Assembly (NCBI GenBank): GCA_026003175.1
Contig: BPGT01000006.1
Location: 36,025 to 100,024 of the forward strand
Length of the DNA stretch: 64,000 nt
Source of the DNA: Armatimonadota bacterium
GTDB taxonomy: Bacteria > Armatimonadota > HRBIN16
Direction: 5' to 3'
Notes under the pieces: generated by a model
What the model was told of the DNA's origin: nothing
Databases searched by the model: none
What the model saw: the letters and a program-made list of their open reading frames with translations, nothing else
Program-made: the position numbers and the translations under genes
In this document: one piece after another, positions 7,231 through 15,842 of the stretch
Layout: every line of letters begins with the position of its first letter
How positions within the stretch are numbered: position 1 is the first letter of the stretch

Positions 7231-7727
7231 CCTCTCCCCCTTCCCCTCTCCTGCGAGGAGAGGGGCGCAGGCGCGGATGCCCCCTTCCTTTGTAGGGAAG
7301 GGGGTCAGGGGGTTAGGTTACTAGACTTTAACCTCTCCCCCGTCCCCTCTCCTACGAGGAGAGGGGAGTTGCCCCCTTCCCTCGCAGGGAAGGGGGTCAG
7401 GGGGTTAGGTTACCAAACTTTAACCTCTCCCCCTTCCCCTCTCCTGCGAGGAGAGGGGCGCAGGCGCGGATGCCCCCTTCCTTTGTAGGGAAGGGGGTCA
7501 GGGGGTTAGGTTACTAGACTTTAACCTCTCCCCCTTCCCCTCTCCTGCGAGGAGAGGGGAGCCGCGCATCGGGCGCCCCCTTCCTTTGTAGGGAAGGGGG
7601 TCAGGGGGTTAGGTTACTAGACTTTAACCTCTCCCCCTTCCCCTCTCCTGCGAGGAGAGGGGAGCCGCGCGTCGGACGCCCCCTTCCTTTGTAGGGAAGG
7701 GGGTCAGGGGGGTTAGGTCCAACCTGC
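7231..7727. repeat. chain-of-hairpins intergenic repeat, array 2 (5 units, 92-103 bp)
   Basis: Units start at 7231, 7332, 7424, 7525 and 7628, with the same two G/C hairpins plus bridging hairpin as array 1. Only the 4-16 nt between hairpin 1 and 2 varies (cgcaggcgcggat / agtt / agccgcgcatcgggcg / agccgcgcgtcggacg). Confidence 0.9.
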
Positions 7728-7746
7728 GGTATCATCCTTCAGAATG

Positions 7747-8883
7747 CTACTGTCCCAGAGCCTGTTTTACCGCCTCTTCCATCTGCTTCTCGGTGCCCGG
7801 CCCGAAACCAACCTGTACCCAGGCGACCTTCCCCTCGCGGTCAATCAGCACAAAGGTAGGGATGCCCTGTACCTTGTAAGCATTGAGCACTATGCCCTCT
7901 TTGTCCATCAGCACGCGGAAGCTGTACTTGTTGTCCTGCATGAACTTCTTCACTGTGTCCAGCTCCTCGCGTGCGTTCACCGCCAGAACCATCAAGTCAC
8001 CCGATTTCGCCTTCTCATGCTGGCTAAGCGACTGCGTATGTGGGAGGGACTGTCGGCAAGGCGGACACCACGTCGCCCAGAAGTCCAGGAACACCACTTT
8101 GCCCCGCAGGCTGCTCAGCGAGACCTCGTTGCCCTCCATGTCGGTCAGGGTGAAGTTCGGAGCCTCCTGTCCTTTCAGTGAAGTGGTATCTTCTTCGGCG
8201 CGTTGCGCTGCTGTGGGGGCTTCAGCCTTCTTAGCGCCTGCCGGTGGTTTGAAGGCAAATGCTGTCTTCTGGATGCTCGGATTGAGTTGCAGAGTGGTGA
8301 CAACCTCCTCGTAGGTATCGCCATCGGGCATCTTGTACACCATGCGGTATACCAGCCCATCTTTCTGCCCCAAGAAGAGGGTCATGGTGCCGCCCTTACC
8401 CGTCAGCTCCACCACACGGCATGGGGTCGCGCCCACTTTTTGTGCGCCCTTTGCCTGCACTTTCTCAAAGCTCTGCTGTAGGAACCCTTCCAGAATCTGC
8501 CCGAACTGCGGCTCCATCGCCAGAGCGGCGAAGCCTGCAAAGGTCAGGTGTCCGCCAGTCAGAGGCTTGTCTTCTGGGACAGGCTGTTGTGTATAGGTTT
8601 TCTGCTGGGCGTCGTACGTGGTAAAAGTAGTGCCATCGCTAATGAACGACTGCACCAGCTTGCCGTTTTGTGTCACCTGCACCAGAAACTGCTTCGGGCG
8701 CACGAATTGCACCGACGCCACGAAGGTCTCGCCCATCTTCATCTGCACGGTGGCTCGCAGACTCTGCACCTTCTCGTACGCCTGCCGAATCTGCTGCATC
8801 ACCTGTTTGGGGGTCATGCTCTGGGCAAACGCACCTGTTGCCAGTGTGCACACTGCGCAGACGAGCAGTATCGTTCGTTTCAT
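7747..8883 (-). CDS. secreted LolA-like domain + TlpA/ResA-family thioredoxin fusion (thiol:disulfide oxidoreductase)
   Basis: Signal peptide MKRTILLVCAVCTLATGAFAQ. The C-terminal domain has the FWATWCPPCR active site and GIPTFVLID. Confidence 0.75.
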   Translation of the reverse strand: MKRTILLVCAVCTLATGAFAQSMTPKQVMQQIRQAYEKVQSLRATVQMKMGETFVASVQFVRPKQFLVQVTQNGKLVQSFISDGTTFTTYDAQQKTYTQQPVPEDKPLTGGHLTFAGFAALAMEPQFGQILEGFLQQSFEKVQAKGAQKVGATPCRVVELTGKGGTMTLFLGQKDGLVYRMVYKMPDGDTYEEVVTTLQLNPSIQKTAFAFKPPAGAKKAEAPTAAQRAEEDTTSLKGQEAPNFTLTDMEGNEVSLSSLRGKVVFLDFWATWCPPCRQSLPHTQSLSQHEKAKSGDLMVLAVNAREELDTVKKFMQDNKYSFRVLMDKEGIVLNAYKVQGIPTFVLIDREGKVAWVQVGFGPGTEKQMEEAVKQALGQ

Positions 8884-9066
8884 CCTCTCCGCCTCCTCGC
8901 GAATGCTCTTTACCGCAGTATACCAGAAACGGTGGATGAGTCACAAGGAACAACTTCATCTGCAAACAGGCAAATGCCCGAAGGCAAGCGGTAGCGCTCA
9001 AAGAGGATTCTCTTCCTGCCTCTCGGAACTTTACCACAAAGCAAGCACAGAAAGGTTCCTTTGCCG

Positions 9067-10944
9067 ATGGCTCGAGTGTTCATCCTGCCCGATGAGGTAA
9101 GCGTAGACCTGCCCGAAGGCACGCCGCTGGTGCGCGCGCTGTGGCAGGCTGGGATTGCGGTAGAGACCCCATGTGGCGGGTTTGGGGTTTGTGGGAAATG
9201 CAAGGTGCGGTTTACTGGTAGGGCGATTCCGGACCCTACCGAAGAGGAGCTACGCCACGTACCTGCACAGGAGCTGTCCGAAGGCTGGAGGTTAGCCTGC
9301 CGCCACCGGTTGACTGCCGACGCGGAATTGGTCGTGCCCAATGAAAGCCGTCCGGCCATCGCTCAGGTATTGACCACCGCTGTAGAGCGTCCCGTCCCGC
9401 TGGAACCTGCTGTGCGCCGACTGCCCCTGCATTTGCCCGCACCCAGCACTGCCGACGAGCGTTCCGACCTGCGTCGCCTGCTGGACGCGCTGCGCGAGCA
9501 ACACGGCATCGCCGTAGAGGTGGAACAGGTTCCGCTGAGCGTCACGCGGCAGCTGCCTCAGGTGTTGCGCGAATCGGATTTCCGCCCGTTTGCCGTGCTA
9601 TTCCATGACCCCGACCATCCCGCCGAGACGCGCCTGCTGGCGGTGCAACCCGACGACACCACCCCCCTACTGGGCATGGCGTTTGATATCGGCACCACCA
9701 CGCTGGTAGGGTATCTGATAGACCTGCAAAGCGGGAAGGATCTCTCTCATGCTGCCCGCCTCAACCCGCAGGTGCAGTACGGCGACGACGTGGTCTCTCG
9801 CTTGACCTTCGTCTATCACGAGCCGTCGGGCTTGAGGTCGCTGCAACACGCGGTCGTGCGCGGCATGAACGAGATTATCGCCGAGGCATGTCAGACCGCA
9901 GGGGTGGACCCTCACCACATCTTTGAAACAGTAGCGGTTGGCAACACCACCATGTTGCATTTCCTGCTGGGGGTGAACACCAACTCTATCGCCGTCGCGC
10001 CGTACGTGCCGGTGTTTACCGACCTGCTGAGTGTGGAGGCGCGCCAAATCGGCTTGCGTGTGAACCCATCTGCTCTGTTAACTACTTTGCCCTGCGTGGC
10101 GGGCTACGTGGGTGCAGATACAGTAGCGGTCGCGCTCACGCATCTGTATCAGCCCGATGGGGAAACGGTGCTCGCGCTGGACATCGGAACCAACGGCGAG
10201 GTGGTTCTGCGCCACAGGGGCAAGTACTACTGCACTTCCGCTGCGGCGGGTCCGGCTTTTGAAGGCGGGCGCATCTATCAGGGCATCCGCGCCGAGACGG
10301 GCGCGGTTTCGCAGATAAGTGTGGAAAGCAACGGCGAGAGCCGCTGGCTGCACGTTACCACCATCGGCGGAGGACTGCCCAAAGGCATCTGTGGCTCGGG
10401 ATTGATTGACGCCGCGGCGTGCCTGCTGGATGTTGGCGCGGTGAACGAGGCTGGGCGTATGAACAGTAGCGAGGGCAGCGTGTGGTGGAGTTCCCATCTC
10501 ACCATGTTGTGCGAGCAGAAAGCGTTTCAGCTGGTCGCGCCAGAGGCGTCGGGTACTCCCGAAGGAGTGATACTGACCCAGAAGGACGTGCGCGAGCTGC
10601 AGCTGGCGAAGGGTTCCATCCGCGCGGTGATGGAGGTGCTGCTGCAAGAGGCTGGTATCACGTGGGGAGATGTACAGCGGCTGCTGGTCGCGGGGGCGTT
10701 CGGTATGTATGTGAACCTGCGCTCGGCACAGCGCATCGGCTTGTTGCCTCCCATCCCGCTGGAGCGCATCGAGCCAGTGGGCAACGCGGCAGGTGCAGGT
10801 GCGAAAATCGCCCTGCGTTCGGTGCGCGAGCGCAAGCGTGCCCAATGGCTGGCACAGCAGATGAAACATGTGGTGATGACCGGCAATCCGCAATATCAGG
10901 AGGCGTATATGGACCATCTCGGCTTTGTGGAGAGCCTGGATTGA
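9067..10944 (+). CDS. 2Fe-2S ferredoxin + ASKHA (DUF4445) protein, RACo/AcsV-like corrinoid reductive activase
   Basis: N-terminal CGGFGVCGKCKV cluster motif and ASKHA phosphate motifs DIGTTTLVGY and DIGTNGEV. ATG 9067 is preferred over TTG 9061. Confidence 0.7.
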   Translation: MARVFILPDEVSVDLPEGTPLVRALWQAGIAVETPCGGFGVCGKCKVRFTGRAIPDPTEEELRHVPAQELSEGWRLACRHRLTADAELVVPNESRPAIAQVLTTAVERPVPLEPAVRRLPLHLPAPSTADERSDLRRLLDALREQHGIAVEVEQVPLSVTRQLPQVLRESDFRPFAVLFHDPDHPAETRLLAVQPDDTTPLLGMAFDIGTTTLVGYLIDLQSGKDLSHAARLNPQVQYGDDVVSRLTFVYHEPSGLRSLQHAVVRGMNEIIAEACQTAGVDPHHIFETVAVGNTTMLHFLLGVNTNSIAVAPYVPVFTDLLSVEARQIGLRVNPSALLTTLPCVAGYVGADTVAVALTHLYQPDGETVLALDIGTNGEVVLRHRGKYYCTSAAAGPAFEGGRIYQGIRAETGAVSQISVESNGESRWLHVTTIGGGLPKGICGSGLIDAAACLLDVGAVNEAGRMNSSEGSVWWSSHLTMLCEQKAFQLVAPEASGTPEGVILTQKDVRELQLAKGSIRAVMEVLLQEAGITWGDVQRLLVAGAFGMYVNLRSAQRIGLLPPIPLERIEPVGNAAGAGAKIALRSVRERKRAQWLAQQMKHVVMTGNPQYQEAYMDHLGFVESLD

Positions 10945-10953
10945 GGTGAACCC

Positions 10954-11952
10954 ATGCTTGCACGCGAGCGCGTGTTGACCGCTTTGAACTTTCAGGAGCC
11001 CGACCGCGTGCCCATTTATATATGGATATTCGGGCAACCCGGCGTGATAGACGACATCCTGGCAAAGTACGGCACATTCGAAGTCTTCTGTGATGCGCTA
11101 GATGTGGACATGACGCAAGCGTTCCCCGCCAGGGGTTTTCTGAAGCAGGGGGCGCCGCCCCACAGCCCCGACTCCGAGTATGAACCTGCCTACGGCTGGG
11201 TGTACACGCTGGACGCGGCTCTGGAATCGGAGTTTACCGATCCCGATGACCCCGCAATCTACACCACCATCCGCGCCGAGATCGAGCACCACAAAGGACG
11301 ACGCGGGCGAGCAGTGTTCGTGCAAACACCCGGTGTGTTCGAGGCGGCAAACGGCGTCATCGGACAGGAACAGAACCTGATGGAGCTGGCGCTACGTCCC
11401 GAACTATGCAAGCAGCTGTATGAGCGCATCGCGCGGTGGTCTGCCCGCTACGCCGAAAACTGTCTGGATCTGGGCGCAGATGTGATACACATCTCCGACG
11501 ACTGGGGCATGAACCACGCGCTGATGTTTCGCCCGCAAACGTGGTGGGAGGTCATCTACCCTGCTGAGAAGATTGTCTGCGATGCGGTGAAGCACAGGGG
11601 TGGTCTGCTCTCCTTGCACAGCGACGGGTACATCACTCCTGTACTGGATGGCGTGGTGGAACTGGGCTTTCGCGTGGTGCATCCGGTACAGGAATCGGCG
11701 GGCATGGACCCCATACAGGTAAAGCGAGACTACTTCGGCAAGCTGGGCATCTACGGGGGACTGGACGTGCGTACCATGTTGGGACGTGGCTTGCCGCACG
11801 AGCGGCTGGCAGATGAGATTCGGCGGGTGATGAACGCCATGAAACCCGGTGGTGGTTACATCTTCTGCACCTCTCACATGGTACAGCCCGGCACCCCGCT
11901 GGAGGAAGTGGAGTTTGCCTATCAGGTAGCGCACGAAGCGGCGAGATATTGA
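10954..11952 (+). CDS. uroporphyrinogen decarboxylase (URO-D) family protein, MtaA/MtbA-like methyltransferase candidate
   Basis: Family-typical N-terminus (RERVLTALNFQEPDRVP) and C-terminus (GGYIFCTSHMVQPGTP). GAGGTG SD is present. It lies 9 nt after the RACo-like gene. Confidence 0.6.
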   Translation: MLARERVLTALNFQEPDRVPIYIWIFGQPGVIDDILAKYGTFEVFCDALDVDMTQAFPARGFLKQGAPPHSPDSEYEPAYGWVYTLDAALESEFTDPDDPAIYTTIRAEIEHHKGRRGRAVFVQTPGVFEAANGVIGQEQNLMELALRPELCKQLYERIARWSARYAENCLDLGADVIHISDDWGMNHALMFRPQTWWEVIYPAEKIVCDAVKHRGGLLSLHSDGYITPVLDGVVELGFRVVHPVQESAGMDPIQVKRDYFGKLGIYGGLDVRTMLGRGLPHERLADEIRRVMNAMKPGGGYIFCTSHMVQPGTPLEEVEFAYQVAHEAARY

Positions 11953-11980
11953 ACCCAAACGCTCAGAATGGCACAGTTAC

Positions 11981-13162
11981 TTAGCTCGAAGCGGCAAGGC
12001 GTTGTTCTACCATCTCGACGTTTTCTACCGTGCCGTCGGTTATCATCAGCACACCCTGCTGCCTGGCTAAATCGAAGGCTTCATGGTTTCTGTTCTCCCC
12101 GGCAACAGCAGGCACGGCACGCAATCCTGCCTTCCTGAGCAGCTGCGCTCGGCGGATAGCACGCACCACATCGTTGGCGTCGATGGTCTCGGATACCTCC
12201 ATAGCGAAGAAAACGGGTTCACCATCCTGTTGCCATGTCCCTCTAACGATGGCGTCTGTGAGGTAGAAGTCCTGCATCTCATCCCGAGACAAGTGTTCCT
12301 CTACCAGATCCTCCAACTCGTGAGGAAGCAGTCCTCTGGTTCGCCTGAGGAAGCGTCCGAAGTAGGCAGGAGCGCGCTCGCGATAGTGAACCTCGTAATA
12401 GAATCCGGACAGCTTTGCCTGACGCTGTTCCAGCCTGTCCATCCGGCGCACAAGCGAGGTCACAACCTCTACCAGGTTGCGTACAGTCTCCATCAGCTCC
12501 GCTAACCTGCGTTCCTGACTATCCATCCTTTCCTCCAGGCGGGTGAGGCGTTCTCCCTGCTGAGCGATCAATTCCTCCAGGCGGGTGAGACGTTCTCCCT
12601 GCTGGGCGACCAGTTCCTCCAGGCGTGCCAGGCGTTCTTCGTGCCTGTCCAGCCTTGCCGACTGCTGGGCAAGCAGTTCCTCCAGGCGGGTGAGACGTTC
12701 TCCCTGCTGGGCGACCAGTTCCTCCAGGCGTGCCAGGCGTTCTTCGTGCCTGTCCAGCCTTGCCGACTGCTGGGCAAGCAGTTCCTCCAGGCGGGTGAGA
12801 CGTTCTCCCTGCTGGGCGACCAGTTCCTCCAGGCGTGCCAGGCGTTCTTCGTGCCTGTCCAGCCTTGCCGACTGCTGGGCAAGCAGTTCCTCCAGGCGGG
12901 TGAGACGTTCTCCCTGCTGGGCGACCAGTTCCTCCAGGCGTGCCAGCCGTTGATCCTGGGTCGTTAGCAGCGCTTCGAACCGCTGCGATGACGCAACCTG
13001 CGCTTGAGACAAGTTAGCAATAGCCCGAGCTAGCTGAGACAGCTGCTCTGGCAGCGCGAGAACCTCCTCAGGCAGGATGAGTGCTCGCAGCTGTGCTCGC
13101 CAGTCGGGGTGTTCTTCCAGCAAACGGATGAGATCAGAAAAATCCTGTATCGTGAAAGCCAC
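11981..13162 (-). CDS. coiled-coil repeat protein with PD-(D/E)xK-like C-terminal domain (DUF3782-like)
   Basis: N-terminus FSDLIRLLEEHPDWRAQLRALILPEE, then 35-aa heptad repeats. The C-terminus LTDAIVRG..VFFAMEVSETID..VPAVAGE resembles a restriction-endonuclease-fold core. Confidence 0.55.
   Translation of the reverse strand: MAFTIQDFSDLIRLLEEHPDWRAQLRALILPEEVLALPEQLSQLARAIANLSQAQVASSQRFEALLTTQDQRLARLEELVAQQGERLTRLEELLAQQSARLDRHEERLARLEELVAQQGERLTRLEELLAQQSARLDRHEERLARLEELVAQQGERLTRLEELLAQQSARLDRHEERLARLEELVAQQGERLTRLEELIAQQGERLTRLEERMDSQERRLAELMETVRNLVEVVTSLVRRMDRLEQRQAKLSGFYYEVHYRERAPAYFGRFLRRTRGLLPHELEDLVEEHLSRDEMQDFYLTDAIVRGTWQQDGEPVFFAMEVSETIDANDVVRAIRRAQLLRKAGLRAVPAVAGENRNHEAFDLARQQGVLMITDGTVENVEMVEQRLAASS
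12530..12946. repeat. in-frame tandem repeat: 3 identical 105-bp units (12572, 12677, 12782) + partial 4th (12887-12946) + 42-nt sub-repeat (12530-12571)
   Basis: The period of exactly 105 nt is read directly from the sequence. Off-frame ORFs 12568..12882 and 12585..12953 show perfectly repeating translations. Confidence 0.95.
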
Positions 13163-13263
13163 TGGATATTCACCTCACACCGTTATCATACCACATCGCA
13201 ACCCTGCCTGCCAATTCCCTCTCACTACATGTATCATATAATTTTCTTTTACTTAAAAACTCG

Positions 13264-13292
13264 TTGACAATTTTTTTCTACTGCACTAAAAT
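13264..13292 (+). promoter_or_regulatory. sigma70-type promoter of the rpiR-like operon
   Basis: TTGACA (13264-13269), 17 nt, TAAAAT (13287-13292). GGAGG lies at 13302 and the ATG at 13315. Confidence 0.6.
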
Positions 13293-13314
13293 TAACAAAC
13301 TGGAGGCGAGCGAT

Positions 13315-14172
13315 ATGGCTTCGGTGCTGGAAAGGGTTTCCGCGCTGTACACATCGCTGAACGAAGCGGAGCGCAAAGTAGCAGACTTCGTGCTGAACCA
13401 TCCGGAGGAGGCGCGTGGCTGCAGCGTTATTCACCTCAGCGACCACAGCGGCGTGAGCGAAACCACGGTGGTACGGTTCTGCCGTTCCATCGGCTTTAAG
13501 GGCTATGCCGATTTCAAGCTGGCTCTGGTTGCCGACCTGGCTCCCCAACGCGAGCCTGTGTCTGATGTGCATGGCGACGTGTCACCGGAGGATGACTTGC
13601 TCCGACTGGTACAGAAGGTGCTGAACATGGACGTGCAGGCGATTGCCAGTACAATGGAGCTGCTGGACATGGGGCAGTTCGAACGGGCAGTAGAGACTAT
13701 CGCCGAGGCGCGTCGGGTAGCGATATTCGGAGTGGGCAGCTCGCTGCCGGTGTGTATGGACCTGCAGTACCGACTGCAACGGTGCGGCATAGATACCCTC
13801 TTCTCGGTGGACGACCATCTTCAGGCAATCAACGCCGCGCTCTTGGAGCCGGGCGATGTGGGGCTGGCGGTGTCTTACTCAGGAGCGAGCCGCGAAACGG
13901 TAGAGTCGGTGGAGCTGGCAAAAGAGGCGGGCGCGCGCACCATCTGCGTCACCAGTTTCCGCCGTTCTCCTCTGGCGAAGCTGTGCGACATCTGCCTGAT
14001 TACCTCCGCCGGGCGCACGCAATGGCTGGACGAGACCATCACCGCACGATTGGTGCAGATGGCTCTGTTCGACGCGTTGTGTGTGGCGCTGGCTCGCCTG
14101 AAGCGCCATGAATCACTGCCTATCCTGAGCAAAATCGCTCGCGCTGTAGAGCGAAAGAGGCATACGGTATGA
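13315..14172 (+). CDS. MurR/RpiR-family transcriptional regulator (HTH + SIS domain)
   Basis: The HTH_6-type N-terminus LNEAERKVADFVLNHP..SETTVVRFCRSIGFKGYADFK is followed by a SIS domain (IFGVGSS, SYSGASRET). ATG 13315 behind GGAGG is preferred over TTG 13264. Confidence 0.8.
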   Translation: MASVLERVSALYTSLNEAERKVADFVLNHPEEARGCSVIHLSDHSGVSETTVVRFCRSIGFKGYADFKLALVADLAPQREPVSDVHGDVSPEDDLLRLVQKVLNMDVQAIASTMELLDMGQFERAVETIAEARRVAIFGVGSSLPVCMDLQYRLQRCGIDTLFSVDDHLQAINAALLEPGDVGLAVSYSGASRETVESVELAKEAGARTICVTSFRRSPLAKLCDICLITSAGRTQWLDETITARLVQMALFDALCVALARLKRHESLPILSKIARAVERKRHTV

Positions 14173-15842
14173 GCACTTCTTTGCAACTCCTGTTGGGCAT
14201 CAAGACCGACCCGATAGAGTACCGCTATTCCTACCCCTGGCTGTTCCGGTTAGCAGCAGAAGAGGGTGCAGAATACATCCAGCTGGGTAGCACCTTCGAG
14301 TTCTACTTCCTGCCCGACGACTTCTTCCACTGGCTGCGCGGACAGGCGGAAAAGGCAGGGGTGCGCATCCACAGCCTGTTTACCGCTCATCGCGAGCTGG
14401 GTGGTTTCTTCCGCAACGAGCCGGGCTGGGAAAACGTCGCGCGGCGCATGTTCGAACGGTATATCCAGATTGGCAGCATTTTGGGAGCGCAATCGGTGGG
14501 GCACAACCCGGGCGCGGTGCTGCGCGACGAGATGCACACCAAACCGCAAGGCGTCGCCCGCTACCTGACGCACTTCAGGGAATTGATGCACTTTGCATAC
14601 GAGCAGGGTGTGCCCTGGCTGACCATCGAGCCGATGTCGTGTCTGGCAGAACCGCCCACCCTGCCTGAAGAGATTCGACAGATGGGCGAGCAACTCACCG
14701 CTTACCACAGTCAACACCCGCACACCACCGCCCGTATGGGCTTCTGCGCCGATGTGTCGCACGGTTACGCCGATGAGACGGGCAACGTCGTTTGGGAGAA
14801 CTTGCAAACCTTCGAAGCCACTCTGCCTTATCTGTACGAGGTGCATCTGAAGAATACCGATGTCCTCTTTCACTCCACCTTCGGTTTCAGCGAAGAGGAA
14901 AGGTCTAAAGGTATAGTGCAGATAGAACGGTTTCGCGACCTGCTTCATGCAAACGCACACCTTTTGCCGGTAGACAGGGTGGTGGGTTATCTGGAAATCT
15001 CGGGACCGAAGCTGGGGCGTGACTATAGCGATATCCACCTGGAGAGGCATCTGCGCGAATCGCTGAGATACCTGCGCGAAACGTGGTGCGCATCTCCACA
15101 GCAGGTTGCAGCCTCTTTCGTCTCCTCCGCTTCGCCTTCTATAGAGCCTGTTCGCCTCTCAGCGTCGCTGATGTGCGCCGACCAGCTGAATCTGGAGTCG
15201 CACCTGCGCCAGCTGGAAGCGATGGGCGTTCACTATTTGCACGTGGACCTGATGGATGCGCACTTCACGCCGAACATGCCGGTCGGTCTTGTGGTGCTAG
15301 AACAGCTGCGTGAGCGCACCCATCTGCCTCTGGACGTGCATCTCATGGTGGAGGACAACGACCTCTTCATCCGCAAGCTGTTGCCGCTGGGGGTACAGAT
15401 GATTTCGGTGCACGCCGAGTCCGCCCGACATTTAGACCGCACGCTCAGCCTGATTCGCGAGGGCGGTGCGAAAGCCGGGGTTGCGCTCAACCCTGCCACA
15501 CCGCTGGACACACTGGATTACGTGTTAGAAAAACTGGACTTCGTGCTTATCATGACCGTGAACCCGGGTTTCGCCGGACAAAGGCTGATACCACAGACCC
15601 TGCGCAAAATCGCCGACTGCCGTCGCTATCTGGACGGACGTGGTTTCACAGAGATGCCCATTCAGGTGGACGGCAACGTGAGCTTCGAGAACATTCCGAA
15701 AATGGTGGCGGCAGGGGCGGATATTCTGGTGCTGGGCTCCAGTAGCCTCTATCATCCGGGGGCAACGCTCTGGCAGAACGGTCGGCAGGTGATGCAAGCG
15801 GTGCAGGAGGGGCTTCGCCGGCGCGCGGGAGGTGAGGCTTAG
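14169..15842 (+). CDS. fusion: xylose-isomerase-like TIM-barrel (sugar-phosphate isomerase/epimerase) + ribulose-phosphate 3-epimerase-family domain
   Basis: The C-terminal ~225 aa carry RPE signatures (SLMCAD, HVDLMDAHFTPN, DVHLMV, MTVNPGFAGQ, VDGN). The N-terminal ~300 aa are AP-endonuclease-2/xylose-isomerase-like. ATGA overlap with rpiR. Confidence 0.65.
   Translation: MSTSLQLLLGIKTDPIEYRYSYPWLFRLAAEEGAEYIQLGSTFEFYFLPDDFFHWLRGQAEKAGVRIHSLFTAHRELGGFFRNEPGWENVARRMFERYIQIGSILGAQSVGHNPGAVLRDEMHTKPQGVARYLTHFRELMHFAYEQGVPWLTIEPMSCLAEPPTLPEEIRQMGEQLTAYHSQHPHTTARMGFCADVSHGYADETGNVVWENLQTFEATLPYLYEVHLKNTDVLFHSTFGFSEEERSKGIVQIERFRDLLHANAHLLPVDRVVGYLEISGPKLGRDYSDIHLERHLRESLRYLRETWCASPQQVAASFVSSASPSIEPVRLSASLMCADQLNLESHLRQLEAMGVHYLHVDLMDAHFTPNMPVGLVVLEQLRERTHLPLDVHLMVEDNDLFIRKLLPLGVQMISVHAESARHLDRTLSLIREGGAKAGVALNPATPLDTLDYVLEKLDFVLIMTVNPGFAGQRLIPQTLRKIADCRRYLDGRGFTEMPIQVDGNVSFENIPKMVAAGADILVLGSSSLYHPGATLWQNGRQVMQAVQEGLRRRAGGEA

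Noticed and set aside
7231-7727. Regularly spaced ~100-bp repeats that could be mistaken for a CRISPR array (also 2184..2384)
   Set aside because: The units are contiguous with no unique spacers. Only 4-16 nt vary, and that segment recurs between units. The unit is far longer than a CRISPR repeat and is made of several hairpins. No cas genes are in the window.
12568-12967. ORFs 12568..12882 (-), 12585..12953 (+) and 12641..12967 (+) with perfectly repeating sequences
   Set aside because: These are off-frame or antisense readings of the 105-bp tandem repeat inside the real gene 11981..13162. Ser/Arg/Trp-rich nonsense composition.
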